A stretch of 64,000 nucleotides of DNA from Longimicrobiales bacterium (GTDB lineage Bacteria > Gemmatimonadota > Gemmatimonadetes > Longimicrobiales > Gaopeijiaceae), in contig CBDDCX010000008.1 in NCBI GenBank assembly GCA_965226375.1, positions 480,001 to 544,000 of the forward strand. Direction: 5' to 3'. Both the position numbers and the translations under genes were made by a program. Shown piece after piece: positions 1 to 10,083 of the stretch. The notes beneath the pieces are model-generated. The model was not told the origin of the DNA and ran no database searches. It saw only the letters and a program-made list of their open reading frames with translations. Position 1 is the stretch's first letter; every line of letters begins with the position of its first letter.

Positions 1-229
1 TTCTGGGAGTTGTCGGCGGCACAATTCCGAAAACTCATCACCGAGAATACCTGGACCTGGGAGACCACTCCGTTTCGAGGAGTCCGGCGCTCGCCCGTTT
101 CCGACCTCGCCGCCTTCATGGTTGGGGGTCGGACCCGGAGGAGGCTTCTCGAGGCGAGCATGTCCACTTCGCTGTAGGTTGCTTCAACCTCTGACGATTC
201 CGTTCCCATGAGCCACCCGGGAGGTCTCA

Positions 230-1135
230 ATGTCACTGCCCGTGCTCCCACGCGTTTCCTTGCTCGCCGCCTTGCTGTGGGCAACGCCCCTGATCGCCCA
301 AACGGACTGGGATGCCGTAGAGATCCGTACGGTTCCCCTAAGTGGGGGTATCTACATGTTGATGGGGAGCGGAGGTAATATCGGGCTCTCCGTCGGAGAA
401 GACGGCGCCTTTGTCGTGGATGACCAATTCGCGCCGCTCACCGAGAAGATCAAGGCTGCCATTGCTGGAGTGACCGATCAGCCCGTGAAGTGGGTCTTGA
501 ATACTCACTGGCACGGTGATCACACCGGTGGGAACGAGAACTTCGGTAGCTCGGGTGCCCTCATCGTCGCTCACGACAACGTGTACAAGCGGCTGAACCC
601 GGCGGAGTTCGCCGGGCTGGTGGGGCGGAGTCAGCAGGCGCCCGATGCGGCCCTTCCGGTCGTCACCTTCGGTGATGCGATGACCTTCCACTGGAACGGT
701 GAGGACATCAAAGCCTTCCACGTGGAGCACGCCCACACGGACGGAGACGTGATCATCCACTTCGTCGGGTCCGACATCTACCACATGGGCGACACGTTCT
801 TCAACGGCCGCTATCCCTTCATCGACGTAGATTCGGGCGGGAGCGTCGACGGGTTGATCGCGACGGCGGACTTGATCCTCCGCATGAGCGGATCGGACAC
901 CCAGATCATACCGGGCCACGGTGAGCTGGCGACTCGTGATGGCCTCCGGGCCTACAGAGAGATGCTCAGCACGGTGAGGGAGCGCGTGGCCCAACTGGTC
1001 CGAGACGGCAACACCCAGGAGGAGGCTGTAGCCGCCAATCCCACGGCTGATCTCGATCCGGCGTGGGAAACCACCCGAGACTGGACGGAGGGGTTCGTGG
1101 CCTTGGTCTATCGGAGTTTGACCGAGGGCCGCTAG
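230..1135 (+). CDS. Secreted MBL-fold metallo-hydrolase (cyclase-like)
   Basis: Signal peptide; THWHGDH (HxHxDH) motif, AHTDGD, MGD and IPGHG motifs; RBS GGAGG upstream. Confidence 0.9.
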   Translation: MSLPVLPRVSLLAALLWATPLIAQTDWDAVEIRTVPLSGGIYMLMGSGGNIGLSVGEDGAFVVDDQFAPLTEKIKAAIAGVTDQPVKWVLNTHWHGDHTGGNENFGSSGALIVAHDNVYKRLNPAEFAGLVGRSQQAPDAALPVVTFGDAMTFHWNGEDIKAFHVEHAHTDGDVIIHFVGSDIYHMGDTFFNGRYPFIDVDSGGSVDGLIATADLILRMSGSDTQIIPGHGELATRDGLRAYREMLSTVRERVAQLVRDGNTQEEAVAANPTADLDPAWETTRDWTEGFVALVYRSLTEGR

Positions 1136-1196
1136 GTGGGAACGGACCGCTCAGTTTCTGCGGCACTCCGGCTTTCATGTAGGGCGCAGGTGCTTG

Positions 1197-1484
1197 TCAC
1201 GGGCCCGGTCGAGCCGCGTCGTCCGCGAACCCGTACGCCGTCGCCATCACCAAACGACCGTCGCGGACGACGGCGAACTGGGCCGCCGCCTTTACATCCC
1301 ACTTCGCTATGAAGGAGCGCCCGAAACGGTCCACCTCCTCCAGGCCCGACCCCGACGTGGGACCAACGAAGGAGGGCCCACCGCAGGCCAAGGTGCCTAG
1401 GCGCGCGAGGACCACCGCAACGCCAACTCGACACCACATCCGAAGACGCCGCCTCACTAGCCGGGCCCTTCTTTCACTTCCCAT
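1197..1484 (-). pseudogene. N-terminal fragment of a serine hydrolase / beta-lactamase-family lipoprotein
   Basis: LACGG lipobox-like segment, then FIAKWDV..AQFAVVRDGRLVMATAYGFAD, typical of the beta-lactamase-family N-terminus; stops before any SxxK motif. Confidence 0.6.
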
Positions 1485-1599
1485 TTTCGATTCCTACTCC
1501 CACCGACGTAGCCGTAGAATCCCCATTCAACTACACGACCCCGCATTGGCCCAGAGTAGTCGCTCGTCATGGCTCATTCGACGTATCTAAATACGCTTA

Positions 1600-2666
1600 A
1601 TGGGGTATTGCCTTAAGTCCACCGCCCACTACATGTTGTGGTCATGGCGGTTCCGGCTTCTCAGCTCCGTGGCGGCGTGGACTATCCCCGTACGCGGCTG
1701 GAGCTGGACGAGTTCTTCCCCGACGATGCGGCATGCCTGGAGTACGTGGAGGGTCTGCGCTGGCCGGAAGGGTTTGTGTGCGTGGGCTGTGGCGGGTTGG
1801 GAGAGGTCTGGCGAGCATCGCGGGGGCGTCTCGTCTGCCCACACTGTCGAAGGCAGACCTCGGTGCTGGCGGGAACCGTGTTCCACCGCACGCGCTCGCC
1901 CCTGCGTCTGTGGTTTCTCGCTGCCTGGGAGCTCACGAGTCAGAAATACGGAGCCAATGCTCTCGGGCTCCAGCGCGTGCTCGGACTGGGAAGCTACAAG
2001 ACAGCGTGGGTCTGGCTCCACAAGCTCCGCCGGGCCATGGTCCGACCGGATCGCGACCAGCTGAGCGGCGTTGTGCAAGTGGACGAGAGCTATGTCGGGG
2101 GCGTGGAGGCTGGAGTGCGGGGCCGCGAGACGATCAAGAAGGCCATCGTCGCGATCGCCGCCGAGGTCGACGGACGCAAGATCGGGAGAATACGGCTGCG
2201 TTGGGTGCCCGACCTCTCCGCTCCGGTTCTGCGAGGCTTCGTCAAGGATAGCATCGCACCGGCAAGCACGGTGCATACCGACGGATGGCCAAGCTATCAG
2301 GGACTCGCCAAACTGGGCTTTCGCCACACGGTCACGAACCTCTCGACCTCCGGCGATCCCGCTCACGTGCTCATGTCGGCCGTACATCGGGTGGCGTCTC
2401 TCCTCAAGCGCTGGGTCCTCGGAACCCTCCAAGGAGGGATCGCCCGCGAACACCTCCCCTACTATCTGGACGAGTTCACCTTTCGCTTCAACCGACGCAC
2501 ATCCCGGGCTCGCGGCCTGTTGTTCTACCGCTTGCTTGAGCAGGCTGTTCAGTGTGCTCCCACGCCAGCTTCGGCCCTTTACCTCGGCACCGGACGTGGG
2601 AAACGGCCCGCAGAGCCCCGGTAACCACTATATCTTGGGGTCGGTGGACTTAAGGGAATACCCCCT
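1600..2666 (+). mobile_element. IS1595-family insertion sequence, complete (1067 bp)
   Basis: 25-bp terminal inverted repeats 1600-1624 (atggggtattgccttaagtccaccg) and 2642-2666 with 2 mismatches; 8-bp direct repeat TACGCTTA at 1592-1599 and 2667-2674. Confidence 0.92.
1638..2624 (+). CDS. IS1595-family transposase
   Basis: Zinc ribbon (RWPEGFVCVGC..CPHC), VQVDESYVGG, VHTDGWPSY and YLDEFTFRFNRR motifs. Confidence 0.95.
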   Translation: MVMAVPASQLRGGVDYPRTRLELDEFFPDDAACLEYVEGLRWPEGFVCVGCGGLGEVWRASRGRLVCPHCRRQTSVLAGTVFHRTRSPLRLWFLAAWELTSQKYGANALGLQRVLGLGSYKTAWVWLHKLRRAMVRPDRDQLSGVVQVDESYVGGVEAGVRGRETIKKAIVAIAAEVDGRKIGRIRLRWVPDLSAPVLRGFVKDSIAPASTVHTDGWPSYQGLAKLGFRHTVTNLSTSGDPAHVLMSAVHRVASLLKRWVLGTLQGGIAREHLPYYLDEFTFRFNRRTSRARGLLFYRLLEQAVQCAPTPASALYLGTGRGKRPAEPR

Positions 2667-2900
2667 TACGCTTAAAGACCGACGGTCTTCCGAAGTTCCA
2701 GTTGGAGAGGTGCGTGTAGTGCATGCATATCGATGGTTCTTTCTTCTGTTTTTCATGGCCGGTTCCGCCCGCGTGTCCCGTCGGTTGTCCGGTCGGTTAA
2801 ACCCGGCAGATCACGACCTTGTGGAACGGCGAAGGCGGCTAATCGCACCATCCATCTAGGTCTTACCGCCATCCTGCCGTGATTCCGACCCCTACTCAGG

Positions 2901-2920
2901 CGCCTGATAAGCGTGAGGTC
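2901..2920 (+). other. tRNA-Ile(GAT) anticodon-arm fragment, possible att relic; not a full tRNA
   Basis: cgcctgataagcgtgaggtc matches the conserved anticodon and variable region of bacterial tRNA-Ile(GAT); no D-arm, acceptor stem or intact T-arm. Confidence 0.55.
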
Positions 2921-2990
2921 CAAGGCTCGTCTGCCCCGCGCGGCTGTGAAGGTGCGGCCCGGTTACCTCGCCCGATCCCGAAGTCATATC

Positions 2991-3139
2991 TTATAACGGG
3001 CTCACGCGCTCCCGGCGCGGAGTGAGCGCCAGCGAACGGAGTGCCCCGAAGGGACGGGCCCGTTGGTCTTCACGATAGTGCCACATCAGGTAATGCGTGA
3101 AGGCGCACCCGAGGGTCCGGCGGGAGAGCGGCGTTACGA
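2991..3139 (-). other. attC-like integron recombination site
   Basis: Minus strand begins TCGTAAC just after the stop of the 188-aa gene and ends GTTATAA; imperfect inner arms (GCTCTCCCG / CGGGAGCGC); about 149 bp. Confidence 0.6.
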
Positions 3140-3152
3140 GTCGTCCCGCCGT

Positions 3153-3719
3153 TCAGCCGATGGTGGACAGTCCGCCGCCGACCACCATCCCCATGACGAG
3201 TCCGATGGTTGCCAAGATTACCCAGGCCAAGTGGGCGCTACGGTTCGAGGTCCAGGTGAGCGCGGCATGGATGGGGATCAACCCGAGCGTGACGGGCCAC
3301 TCTGCCCCTATGGGACGGACCCCGCCGTAAAACAGATATGGCCCGAAGTATCCGGCGAGGTCCGTGAGAATCAGGATCCCGAAGAACACGCGTCGATTCT
3401 CGATGAAGTAGTCATCGAGCGATACCTCGGCGCCCTCCGGTGGGAAGAGGAGAGCCGACGCGGCGTAGAACGCGATGGGCATGAAGAGGCAGGCCATCAC
3501 GACACCGACCGACCACTCGGCTCTCGCCACGCCTGACCACCGGAGCGCCCACAACGCAACGGTGAGCATGAGGATCTGCATTACCCAGAGGCCGTGTAGA
3601 AGACCTGGCCGCACCTTCGTGTCAGCTCTGAGGGCCGTCACAGCCCCATTCAGGAGCGTCGTGATCGCGAGACCAATGATGATCGACACTACGACCATCA
3701 CATACTCGAACGGGGTCAC
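3153..3719 (-). CDS. Hypothetical multi-pass membrane protein (putative gene-cassette ORF)
   Basis: Several hydrophobic helices; flanked by a 15-bp inverted repeat GTTACGAGTCRTCCC at 3133-3147 and 3768-3782. Confidence 0.75.
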   Translation of the reverse strand: MTPFEYVMVVVSIIIGLAITTLLNGAVTALRADTKVRPGLLHGLWVMQILMLTVALWALRWSGVARAEWSVGVVMACLFMPIAFYAASALLFPPEGAEVSLDDYFIENRRVFFGILILTDLAGYFGPYLFYGGVRPIGAEWPVTLGLIPIHAALTWTSNRSAHLAWVILATIGLVMGMVVGGGLSTIG

Positions 3720-3798
3720 CGTGCAGCCCTATGGAGTAGTCTCATTGGATGCTTCCACACGCTTCTAGGGATGACTCGTAACGGCCGGACTCCCGACA

Positions 3799-4923
3799 CT
3801 ACAGCTTCGGAAACACGAACCGGGCGTACTCGAACTCGTTGCCGTGGAAGTATTTGAAACTGCGGGTCCTGAAGTCGCTCCAGGAGTCGTAGACCCGTTT
3901 GAACTCGGCGTTTCCCGCGGCCTGCTCCTCCAGATACGCGTTGCTCTCCCGCCAGGCCGCCTCGAGTATCTCGTTGGAGAAGCTGCGTAGGATGACGCCC
4001 TCCTCCGTAGTCAGACGCTCCAGGGCGAGCGGGTTCTCTACGTCGTAGCGTGCCAGCGTCTGAATGTCGGCACTGTCGCAAGCGGCCTGGAGCGCCTCCT
4101 GATAGGTCGCGGGGAGTGAATTCCAGGCATCGAGGCCCACCTGAAGCGTGGTCGTTACCCCGGGCTCCCACCAGCCCGGTATGTAGTAGTTCTTGGCGAT
4201 CCTATGGAGACCGAGCTTCTCGTCGTCGTAGGGACCCACCCACTCTGTGGCGTCGATCGCTCCGCGCTCGAGGGCCGGATAGATCTCTGCCGCCCCCAGC
4301 ACCTGAACGCTCACGCCGAGTCGTGCCATGATCTCGCCCGCCAGCCCCGGGATGCGCATGCGAAGACCCCTCATGTCGCTCAGGGACGCGATCGGCTCAC
4401 GGAACCAGCCACCGAACTGGGGTCCGGTGCTCCCGCACGGGAACGTGATGATCCCGAAGTCCGAGTAGATGTCCCTCATCAGGTCCAAGCCACCGCCGTG
4501 GTGCAGCCAGGCGGCGCGCTGCCGGTTCGTCAGCCCGAACGGAATCGCAGTTCCGAAGGCGAGGGTGGGGTTCTTCCCGATGTACCAGTAGTCTGGTGTG
4601 TACCCGGCCTGGACGGTGCCGGACTCCACGGCGTCCATGACCTGCAGGGCGGGGACGATCTCGCCGGCGGCGAACACGCGGATCGTGAACCGCCCTCCGG
4701 TCAGCGCCTCGACTCGGTCCGCGATGCTCACAGCGGCCCCGTGAAGAATGTCCAGGCTGGGAGGAAAGCTGGACGCAAGGCGCCAGCTCACTCGAGGGCC
4801 CGTGATCGGCGTGTCGCCGCCACCGCTCTGAGGCTCATCGCCTCCGCAGGAGGCAAGTACACCGGTTCCGGCGGCCCCGAGGGTCGCCTTCCGTACGAAT
4901 TCTCGACGCTTCATGGGGCTCAT
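3799..4923 (-). CDS. dctP: TRAP transporter substrate-binding protein, Tat-exported lipoprotein (TakP-like)
   Basis: KRREFV Tat motif plus LASC lipobox; WRLASSFP, GLRMRIPG, ALERGAIDATEWVGPYDD and YYIPGWWEP motifs. Confidence 0.9.
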   Translation of the reverse strand: MSPMKRREFVRKATLGAAGTGVLASCGGDEPQSGGGDTPITGPRVSWRLASSFPPSLDILHGAAVSIADRVEALTGGRFTIRVFAAGEIVPALQVMDAVESGTVQAGYTPDYWYIGKNPTLAFGTAIPFGLTNRQRAAWLHHGGGLDLMRDIYSDFGIITFPCGSTGPQFGGWFREPIASLSDMRGLRMRIPGLAGEIMARLGVSVQVLGAAEIYPALERGAIDATEWVGPYDDEKLGLHRIAKNYYIPGWWEPGVTTTLQVGLDAWNSLPATYQEALQAACDSADIQTLARYDVENPLALERLTTEEGVILRSFSNEILEAAWRESNAYLEEQAAGNAEFKRVYDSWSDFRTRSFKYFHGNEFEYARFVFPKL

Positions 4924-5043
4924 GGTGTGGGCGCGTCCCGCGTAGTGACCAGGATGAGGGGGCTATGCGATGTTGCCCGAGATCTACCCGGAGAGGCGCA
5001 ACGGGGCAAATGGCGCCGAAGCAAAAGCCCCGGCCACGTCAGC

Positions 5044-5529
5044 CTACAGCGCCCGCACGTCGCTCAGAAGCGTGAAGCCGAGCTCCTCGTCCGCGATCAT
5101 TTCCGAGTAGTCGATGAAGATGAGGGTGGGGTACCCGCGGGTGGCGTCGAAGTCCACGTCGACTTGATGTGCGTCGCCGGCGTATGCGTCCTGCAGCAGA
5201 TCGAAGAGGCCGTCGATGGTCAGGTACCACTGCAGCTCGTCGGCTTCCAGGACCTCTTGGGTCTCGAGATCGGTGGCCTCGGTCAGGACCCCGGCCACCA
5301 CGATGAGCCGAACGCCCTCACGGAAGGGGCAGAAGCAGACCCTCCGGACGTCGTACGTGTAGTCCGTCAGGCTCTGTGCCTCCCATAGGGAGCGCTGTTC
5401 ACTCAGGAGGTCCACCTCCGGGCCCGTCGAGTCACCGCAGGCGATTGGACCAACCATGAGGATCGCGGCCAGAATAGATGCGAATCGAGAGGCCGGGGAT
5501 CGGTCGGGACCTTTCGGACATGGGAGCAT
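5044..5529 (-). CDS. Lipoprotein, DUF6174-like
   Basis: IACG lipobox; YTYDVRRVCFCP, TIDGLF, FDATRGYP and IADEE motifs; start uncertain. Confidence 0.7.
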   Translation of the reverse strand: MLPCPKGPDRSPASRFASILAAILMVGPIACGDSTGPEVDLLSEQRSLWEAQSLTDYTYDVRRVCFCPFREGVRLIVVAGVLTEATDLETQEVLEADELQWYLTIDGLFDLLQDAYAGDAHQVDVDFDATRGYPTLIFIDYSEMIADEELGFTLLSDVRAL

Positions 5530-5603
5530 GGGAGCCTCGGTGTTCGTCGTTGGAGCGGGTCTACCCATTGAATAACGTCTGACGGGGCTTCGGTGTGACA
5601 CCG

Positions 5604-6671
5604 TCAACGGACCTCAGTAACACTCCGGTCGATATCGTCGAACATCTGATGGAGCAACGGAATCGTCGCCTCGGGTCGGCTTCCCACCTCTAAAGTCCAA
5701 CCGCCGTTTCCCGCTAGCTGGCGCACGCTCTCCTTGATGGTATCCGAGAAGAGGTCGAACCCGTATTCCGGATTCGCGAGAAGCCTCACCTCCAGCTCGT
5801 CGGCACTCAGGCGGGCCAGTGCCGCCTCGTGGTTCGTCCGGGTCAGAACGCAGATGCCGGCCCGCTCCACCACTGGAAACGGAGCCCCGGCCCCGATCTC
5901 CCGAAGGCTGATGACGATCTTCTCCCGTCCGTTGCGAAGGACCGTCGCGCGAATGTCGGCCAGAGCCGGCCAGCGTTCCCGGGCGTCGACCGGCAGATGG
6001 AGGTGACTCGGCATGCCCCACACCCGGAGGTTGGGGTGGCGCTGAAGGTTGACGTAGTCGTCCGAGAGCACGGAGAGACCGTCGAGAGCACCCATGTAAC
6101 AGAGAGTGCTCTTGCCGGTGCCGCTGGGACCCGCCAGCAAGAGGGTCGAGTCACCCCTCACCAGGGCGGCCGCGTGGAGGGGCTGCCGGTCCAGCGGAGA
6201 CAGCAATCCCATGGTCATCGCCGAAATGAAGGCGTAGCGGAAGTGCTCCCGGTCGGAGACCATCGCCGGGGTCACATAGCCGATCGCCTCGAGGCGACGG
6301 ACGTCGGTAACCGCTAGACAGCCCGGACCGGTGATGTAGAGGCGGTCCACATCGGGCACCCGGTATCGAAGTCGGGCATGCTCGCCCGCGCGCACGGCGC
6401 CCCCTTGCTCGGCGTCTGCAACGGCGACGACGTCCTCACCGTCGTCGTAGACGATCACGGTGATGCTGACCGGTTCGGTCTCCAGGAATCGGGGTTGATC
6501 CTGTAGGACTCGCCAGACCCCGTAGGACTCCTCGATCACCCCCAGGACGTCCGGGGAATTGGTGCTGTATCGCACCGGGATGCCCATCACCGGAAGTTCA
6601 ACGCGATGCTCCAGGGCGACGTTGCGTAGAAGGGGATCGTCGGTCCGTTCGAATTCGATCAAGTCCGGCAT
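5604..6671 (-). CDS. HPr-kinase-like P-loop kinase
   Basis: LHAAAL..LLLAGPSGTGKSTL and LSDD motifs; start approximate. Confidence 0.8.
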   Translation of the reverse strand: MPDLIEFERTDDPLLRNVALEHRVELPVMGIPVRYSTNSPDVLGVIEESYGVWRVLQDQPRFLETEPVSITVIVYDDGEDVVAVADAEQGGAVRAGEHARLRYRVPDVDRLYITGPGCLAVTDVRRLEAIGYVTPAMVSDREHFRYAFISAMTMGLLSPLDRQPLHAAALVRGDSTLLLAGPSGTGKSTLCYMGALDGLSVLSDDYVNLQRHPNLRVWGMPSHLHLPVDARERWPALADIRATVLRNGREKIVISLREIGAGAPFPVVERAGICVLTRTNHEAALARLSADELEVRLLANPEYGFDLFSDTIKESVRQLAGNGGWTLEVGSRPEATIPLLHQMFDDIDRSVTEVR

Positions 6672-6699
6672 TCCTTGGCAGTCATCGAGCGAGACCCTC

Positions 6700-7782
6700 T
6701 TACCGATCGAGGATCTGAGTGGCGGTCCAGTCGGCGTCCTCGGCTGCAGCACGGGCCTGTGCCGCCCGCGCCAGCCTCAGGCGTCGTTCCTCGTCCACCA
6801 GCAGGGCAGCTGTCTCCCCAGCCAGAGCCTCGGACTCACCCACGGGTACGACGACGGCCGCGTCAGGCGCCCAGTCGATGAGGTGGCCCACAGACGTTCC
6901 CACGGTGGGAACTCCTACGATAGCCGCTTCGAGTACCACCAGCGGGCCGGATTCGTGCCGGGACGTTACCAATAGAAGGTCCGCTCCCTCCATCAGGGGT
7001 CTCAACTCGAGATGGGGCAAGAAACCGTGAAAGGTGATGTGCTCAAGAAGCTCCAAAGACGCCGCGAGTCCGTGGATTTCACCGTCCAGCGTGTCTTCGC
7101 CTACCACGTCGAGATGGCAGTCCATTCGTTGGTCGACCAGGATTCTAAGGGCCTCCAGGAGGGTTCGCTGATCCTTCACCCGATTCAGGCTGCCCACGTT
7201 TAGCAGGCGAGCCGGTCGCTCCGGGCTCCGGCGCCTCGGGGGTACGGACGGCCATTGGTCGAGCGCTACACCAAACGGGATCCGAGATGTCTCGATTCCC
7301 AACGCCGCGGCGTGCTCTTGCATGACCGAGCTCGAGACCAGGGTCTCAGCGGCACCGGCAACCGCGGCTTGGAGCCAGAAACGCCCTCGCCAATAGGATC
7401 GTAGGCCGAAGTCGATGTCGGGAAGGGACTCCAGATCACCGCCGATCAGGTGGAGCAATACGGGTCGACCCAGCAGACGGCCGGCCACGGCGGCCACCAG
7501 TCCCGGTGGAGCCGCCCACAAGGCGTGAAGGACGTCGAAGGGCGCCCGGTGATGCTCGCGGACCACCGCGGCAAGAGCCCGCAGACGTCGTGGCCGGGCA
7601 CCGATGTTGTGGACTTGGGCACCGAGCAGCTCGTAGCGCGACGGCCTTGCTTCCTGCCGAAGCGCGAAGACGTGGAGATCGTGCTGCCGGGCCACCCGCT
7701 CCATGAGCCACAGATTGCAGGGGATCACCCGGTGGGTTCGGGACCGATCCACGCCTCCGGGGAGGAGCATGGCGATCTTCAC
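6700..7782 (-). CDS. Glycosyltransferase family 4
   Basis: VGSLNRVKDQ and SRHESGPLVVLEAA (EX7E); last few residues possibly clipped by a TAA. Confidence 0.9.
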   Translation of the reverse strand: MKIAMLLPGGVDRSRTHRVIPCNLWLMERVARQHDLHVFALRQEARPSRYELLGAQVHNIGARPRRLRALAAVVREHHRAPFDVLHALWAAPPGLVAAVAGRLLGRPVLLHLIGGDLESLPDIDFGLRSYWRGRFWLQAAVAGAAETLVSSSVMQEHAAALGIETSRIPFGVALDQWPSVPPRRRSPERPARLLNVGSLNRVKDQRTLLEALRILVDQRMDCHLDVVGEDTLDGEIHGLAASLELLEHITFHGFLPHLELRPLMEGADLLLVTSRHESGPLVVLEAAIVGVPTVGTSVGHLIDWAPDAAVVVPVGESEALAGETAALLVDEERRLRLARAAQARAAAEDADWTATQILDR

Positions 7783-7810
7783 GCGGCCCGTACTCGTTCA
7801 ACACCGAACC

Positions 7811-8986
7811 TCATCCTGTCCTTCGGTCGAGGACCTGTTGTACCTGAGTCGTCATTCCCTGCTTGAAACGTTGCCGTCCGAATCTCGCCGCGCTGGCCCG
7901 GAGGGCTCCGGGCGAGAAGTCATGCGACTCGAAGCATTGCACGGCCTCCATCAGTCCCTCGGGGGATGCGTCGCGAAAGAACACGCCGGTCGGTCCGAGC
8001 CCATTCTGTGCGTCGTCCTCCGAGCCCTGAGACGGGTGGTCGCCGGCGCCGTGCACCCCCACGACCGTTTCGAGCGCCCCACCTTTTCCGTAGGCGATGA
8101 CCGGGGCTCCCGCCGCCTGGGCTTCGACGGCCGTGATCCCGAAGTCCTCTTCTCCGGGAAAAAGAAACGCCCGGCACCGTGACAGGAGGTCGACCACCTC
8201 CGCATCCGTCACTCTGCCGAGAAACGAGACTCCCGGCCCGGCCAGCTTGGCCAGGCTGGAACGCTCGGAGCCGTCACCCGCGATGACGAGCCGACGGCCG
8301 AGTCGATTGCACGCCTCCACAGCGAGATCGACCCGCTTGTAGGGGACCAGGGCGCCGAGGGCGAGATAGAAGTCCTCCCGGATCGCTGCGGGCGCGAAGC
8401 GCTCCAGGTCGACAGGGGGGTACACAACGGTGGCCGACCCACCGTAGTGCCGGCGAATGCGGCGGCCGACGCATTCGGAGTTGGCCAGGAAGTGATCGAC
8501 CCGATCGGCGGAGGCCACGTCCCAGCGCCGGAGACGCGGGGCGACGGTCGCGACGGCCGCACGGACCAATGGGCTCGCCCGGCCGGGCCCGAAGTACTGC
8601 TGATACTGATCCCACACGTAGCGCATGGGGGTGTGGCAGTAGCACAGGTGCGGTACGCCTGTGGGGGGGCGAGCCCCCTTCGCCACGCAGTGGCTGCTCG
8701 AAATCACCAGGTCGAACCCTCGTAGGTCGAACGATTCGACGGCTCGGGGAAAGAGCGGCAAGAGGTACCGGTATCGATCGCGCACAAGGGGCACGTCGTC
8801 CACGAAGGACGTGTGTATGGGTCGATTCTCGATCTGTGAGGAGACCGACCCGCGCCGATGGATCAGGGTGAAGATCTCCGCTTGGGGGAAGAGCTCGAGA
8901 AGGCCCTCCAAGACGCGTTCCCCCCCCCGCATCCCCGTGAGCCAGTCATGTACCAGCGCGACTCGCATCGATTCGTGGCCGGGCAT
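7811..8986 (-). CDS. Glycosyltransferase family 4
   Basis: MRVALVHDWLTGMRGGERV, CYCHTPMRY and EEDFGITAVEAQAAG. Confidence 0.92.
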   Translation of the reverse strand: MPGHESMRVALVHDWLTGMRGGERVLEGLLELFPQAEIFTLIHRRGSVSSQIENRPIHTSFVDDVPLVRDRYRYLLPLFPRAVESFDLRGFDLVISSSHCVAKGARPPTGVPHLCYCHTPMRYVWDQYQQYFGPGRASPLVRAAVATVAPRLRRWDVASADRVDHFLANSECVGRRIRRHYGGSATVVYPPVDLERFAPAAIREDFYLALGALVPYKRVDLAVEACNRLGRRLVIAGDGSERSSLAKLAGPGVSFLGRVTDAEVVDLLSRCRAFLFPGEEDFGITAVEAQAAGAPVIAYGKGGALETVVGVHGAGDHPSQGSEDDAQNGLGPTGVFFRDASPEGLMEAVQCFESHDFSPGALRASAARFGRQRFKQGMTTQVQQVLDRRTG

Positions 8987-10083
8987 CAGCGCCCTTCATC
9001 TCCGGCCGGTCGTGGCACGGTCCTCTCGCACGCGTCAAGAACCTGGTCACACGTCCGGTCCCATCGATACTCGGTCGTCACTTCGCGCCCGCGGTCTGAG
9101 AGGTCGCGTCGCCGCTCCGCACTGTTCAGCAGGGCGTCCAAGGTGGCCGTCCAGGTGGCCCTGTCCAACGGCAGGATCTCGGCGCCATCCCCCATCACCT
9201 CGCGCGCCGGACCGTATTCGGCCACGACCGCCGGTGTCCCGCACGCAGCCGCCTCGAGCGGCGGTCGCCCAAAGCCCTCCGCCAGGGAAGGGAAGCAGAA
9301 TACCGAGGCGCCGGTGTAGAGACCGTGGAGTTCCTCGTCGGTCACCGGTCCCACGTCGACGACCTGTTCTACCGAGGACTCGAACGACGGCCGTGACCGG
9401 TGTACGTGTCGGGACCGTCCAACGACGACCAGGGGAATGGTCCGGTCCAACCTCGACGCCAGGTCATCCATCACGCCCATGAGAAAGCTCAGGTTCTTCC
9501 GGGGATCGCCTCCATCAACGGTGAGGACGTACTCAGAGGGGAGGTTCCAACGTTCTCGCACACGCAGGACCAACTCCGCCGCGGCCGGTTCGGCGAACGG
9601 CTCCACGCCCTGGGTCACGATCTCCAACCGGTCGGGGTCCACTCCGACCAGTCGAATCAACTGGTCGGCACTCCACTGTGACACCGTGAGCACGCGCTCC
9701 GCACCGTTGATGGCGCGTTTGACGACCCAGCGGTACCAGGAAGCGAACCGGCGATCGAACCAGACGCGGTGACTGATGGGGAGAACGTCGTGTACGATGA
9801 CTACGTGCCCCGAGCCCCTGATCGGGCATGTGTTGGCGGGGTGCAGCACGACGTCGCAGGATGCAGCCAATCGGGGGAGTTCAAGCTGCTCCCAAAGGTG
9901 CCCGCGGGTTCGTCCCACTACCACGTCCACACTGTCGGGGAGCCCGGGGGGAGGATCGGTGCCACGAGGCAAGAAGATCAGAGTGGCCTGTCATTCATAG
10001 ATCCGCGTACAAACCTGGCGGGAGAAGCGCTGCACTCCGGTGAGGGGCGCACCATAGAACCGGCCGTTGATACCGAGCTTCAC
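8986..10083 (-). pseudogene. Glycosyltransferase family 4 with an in-frame TGA at codon 31
   Basis: GTG at 10083 reads MKLGINGRFYGAPLTGVQRF..IYE*QAT and continues in frame to PSLAEGFGRPPLEAAACG; stop at 9991-9993. Confidence 0.82.

Noticed and set aside
1..229. 3' end of an upstream gene
   Set aside because: More than one frame is open and none shows a recognisable motif, so it cannot be assigned
2880..2960. Complete tRNA-Ile gene
   Set aside because: No D-arm, acceptor stem, intact TTCG loop or CCA end
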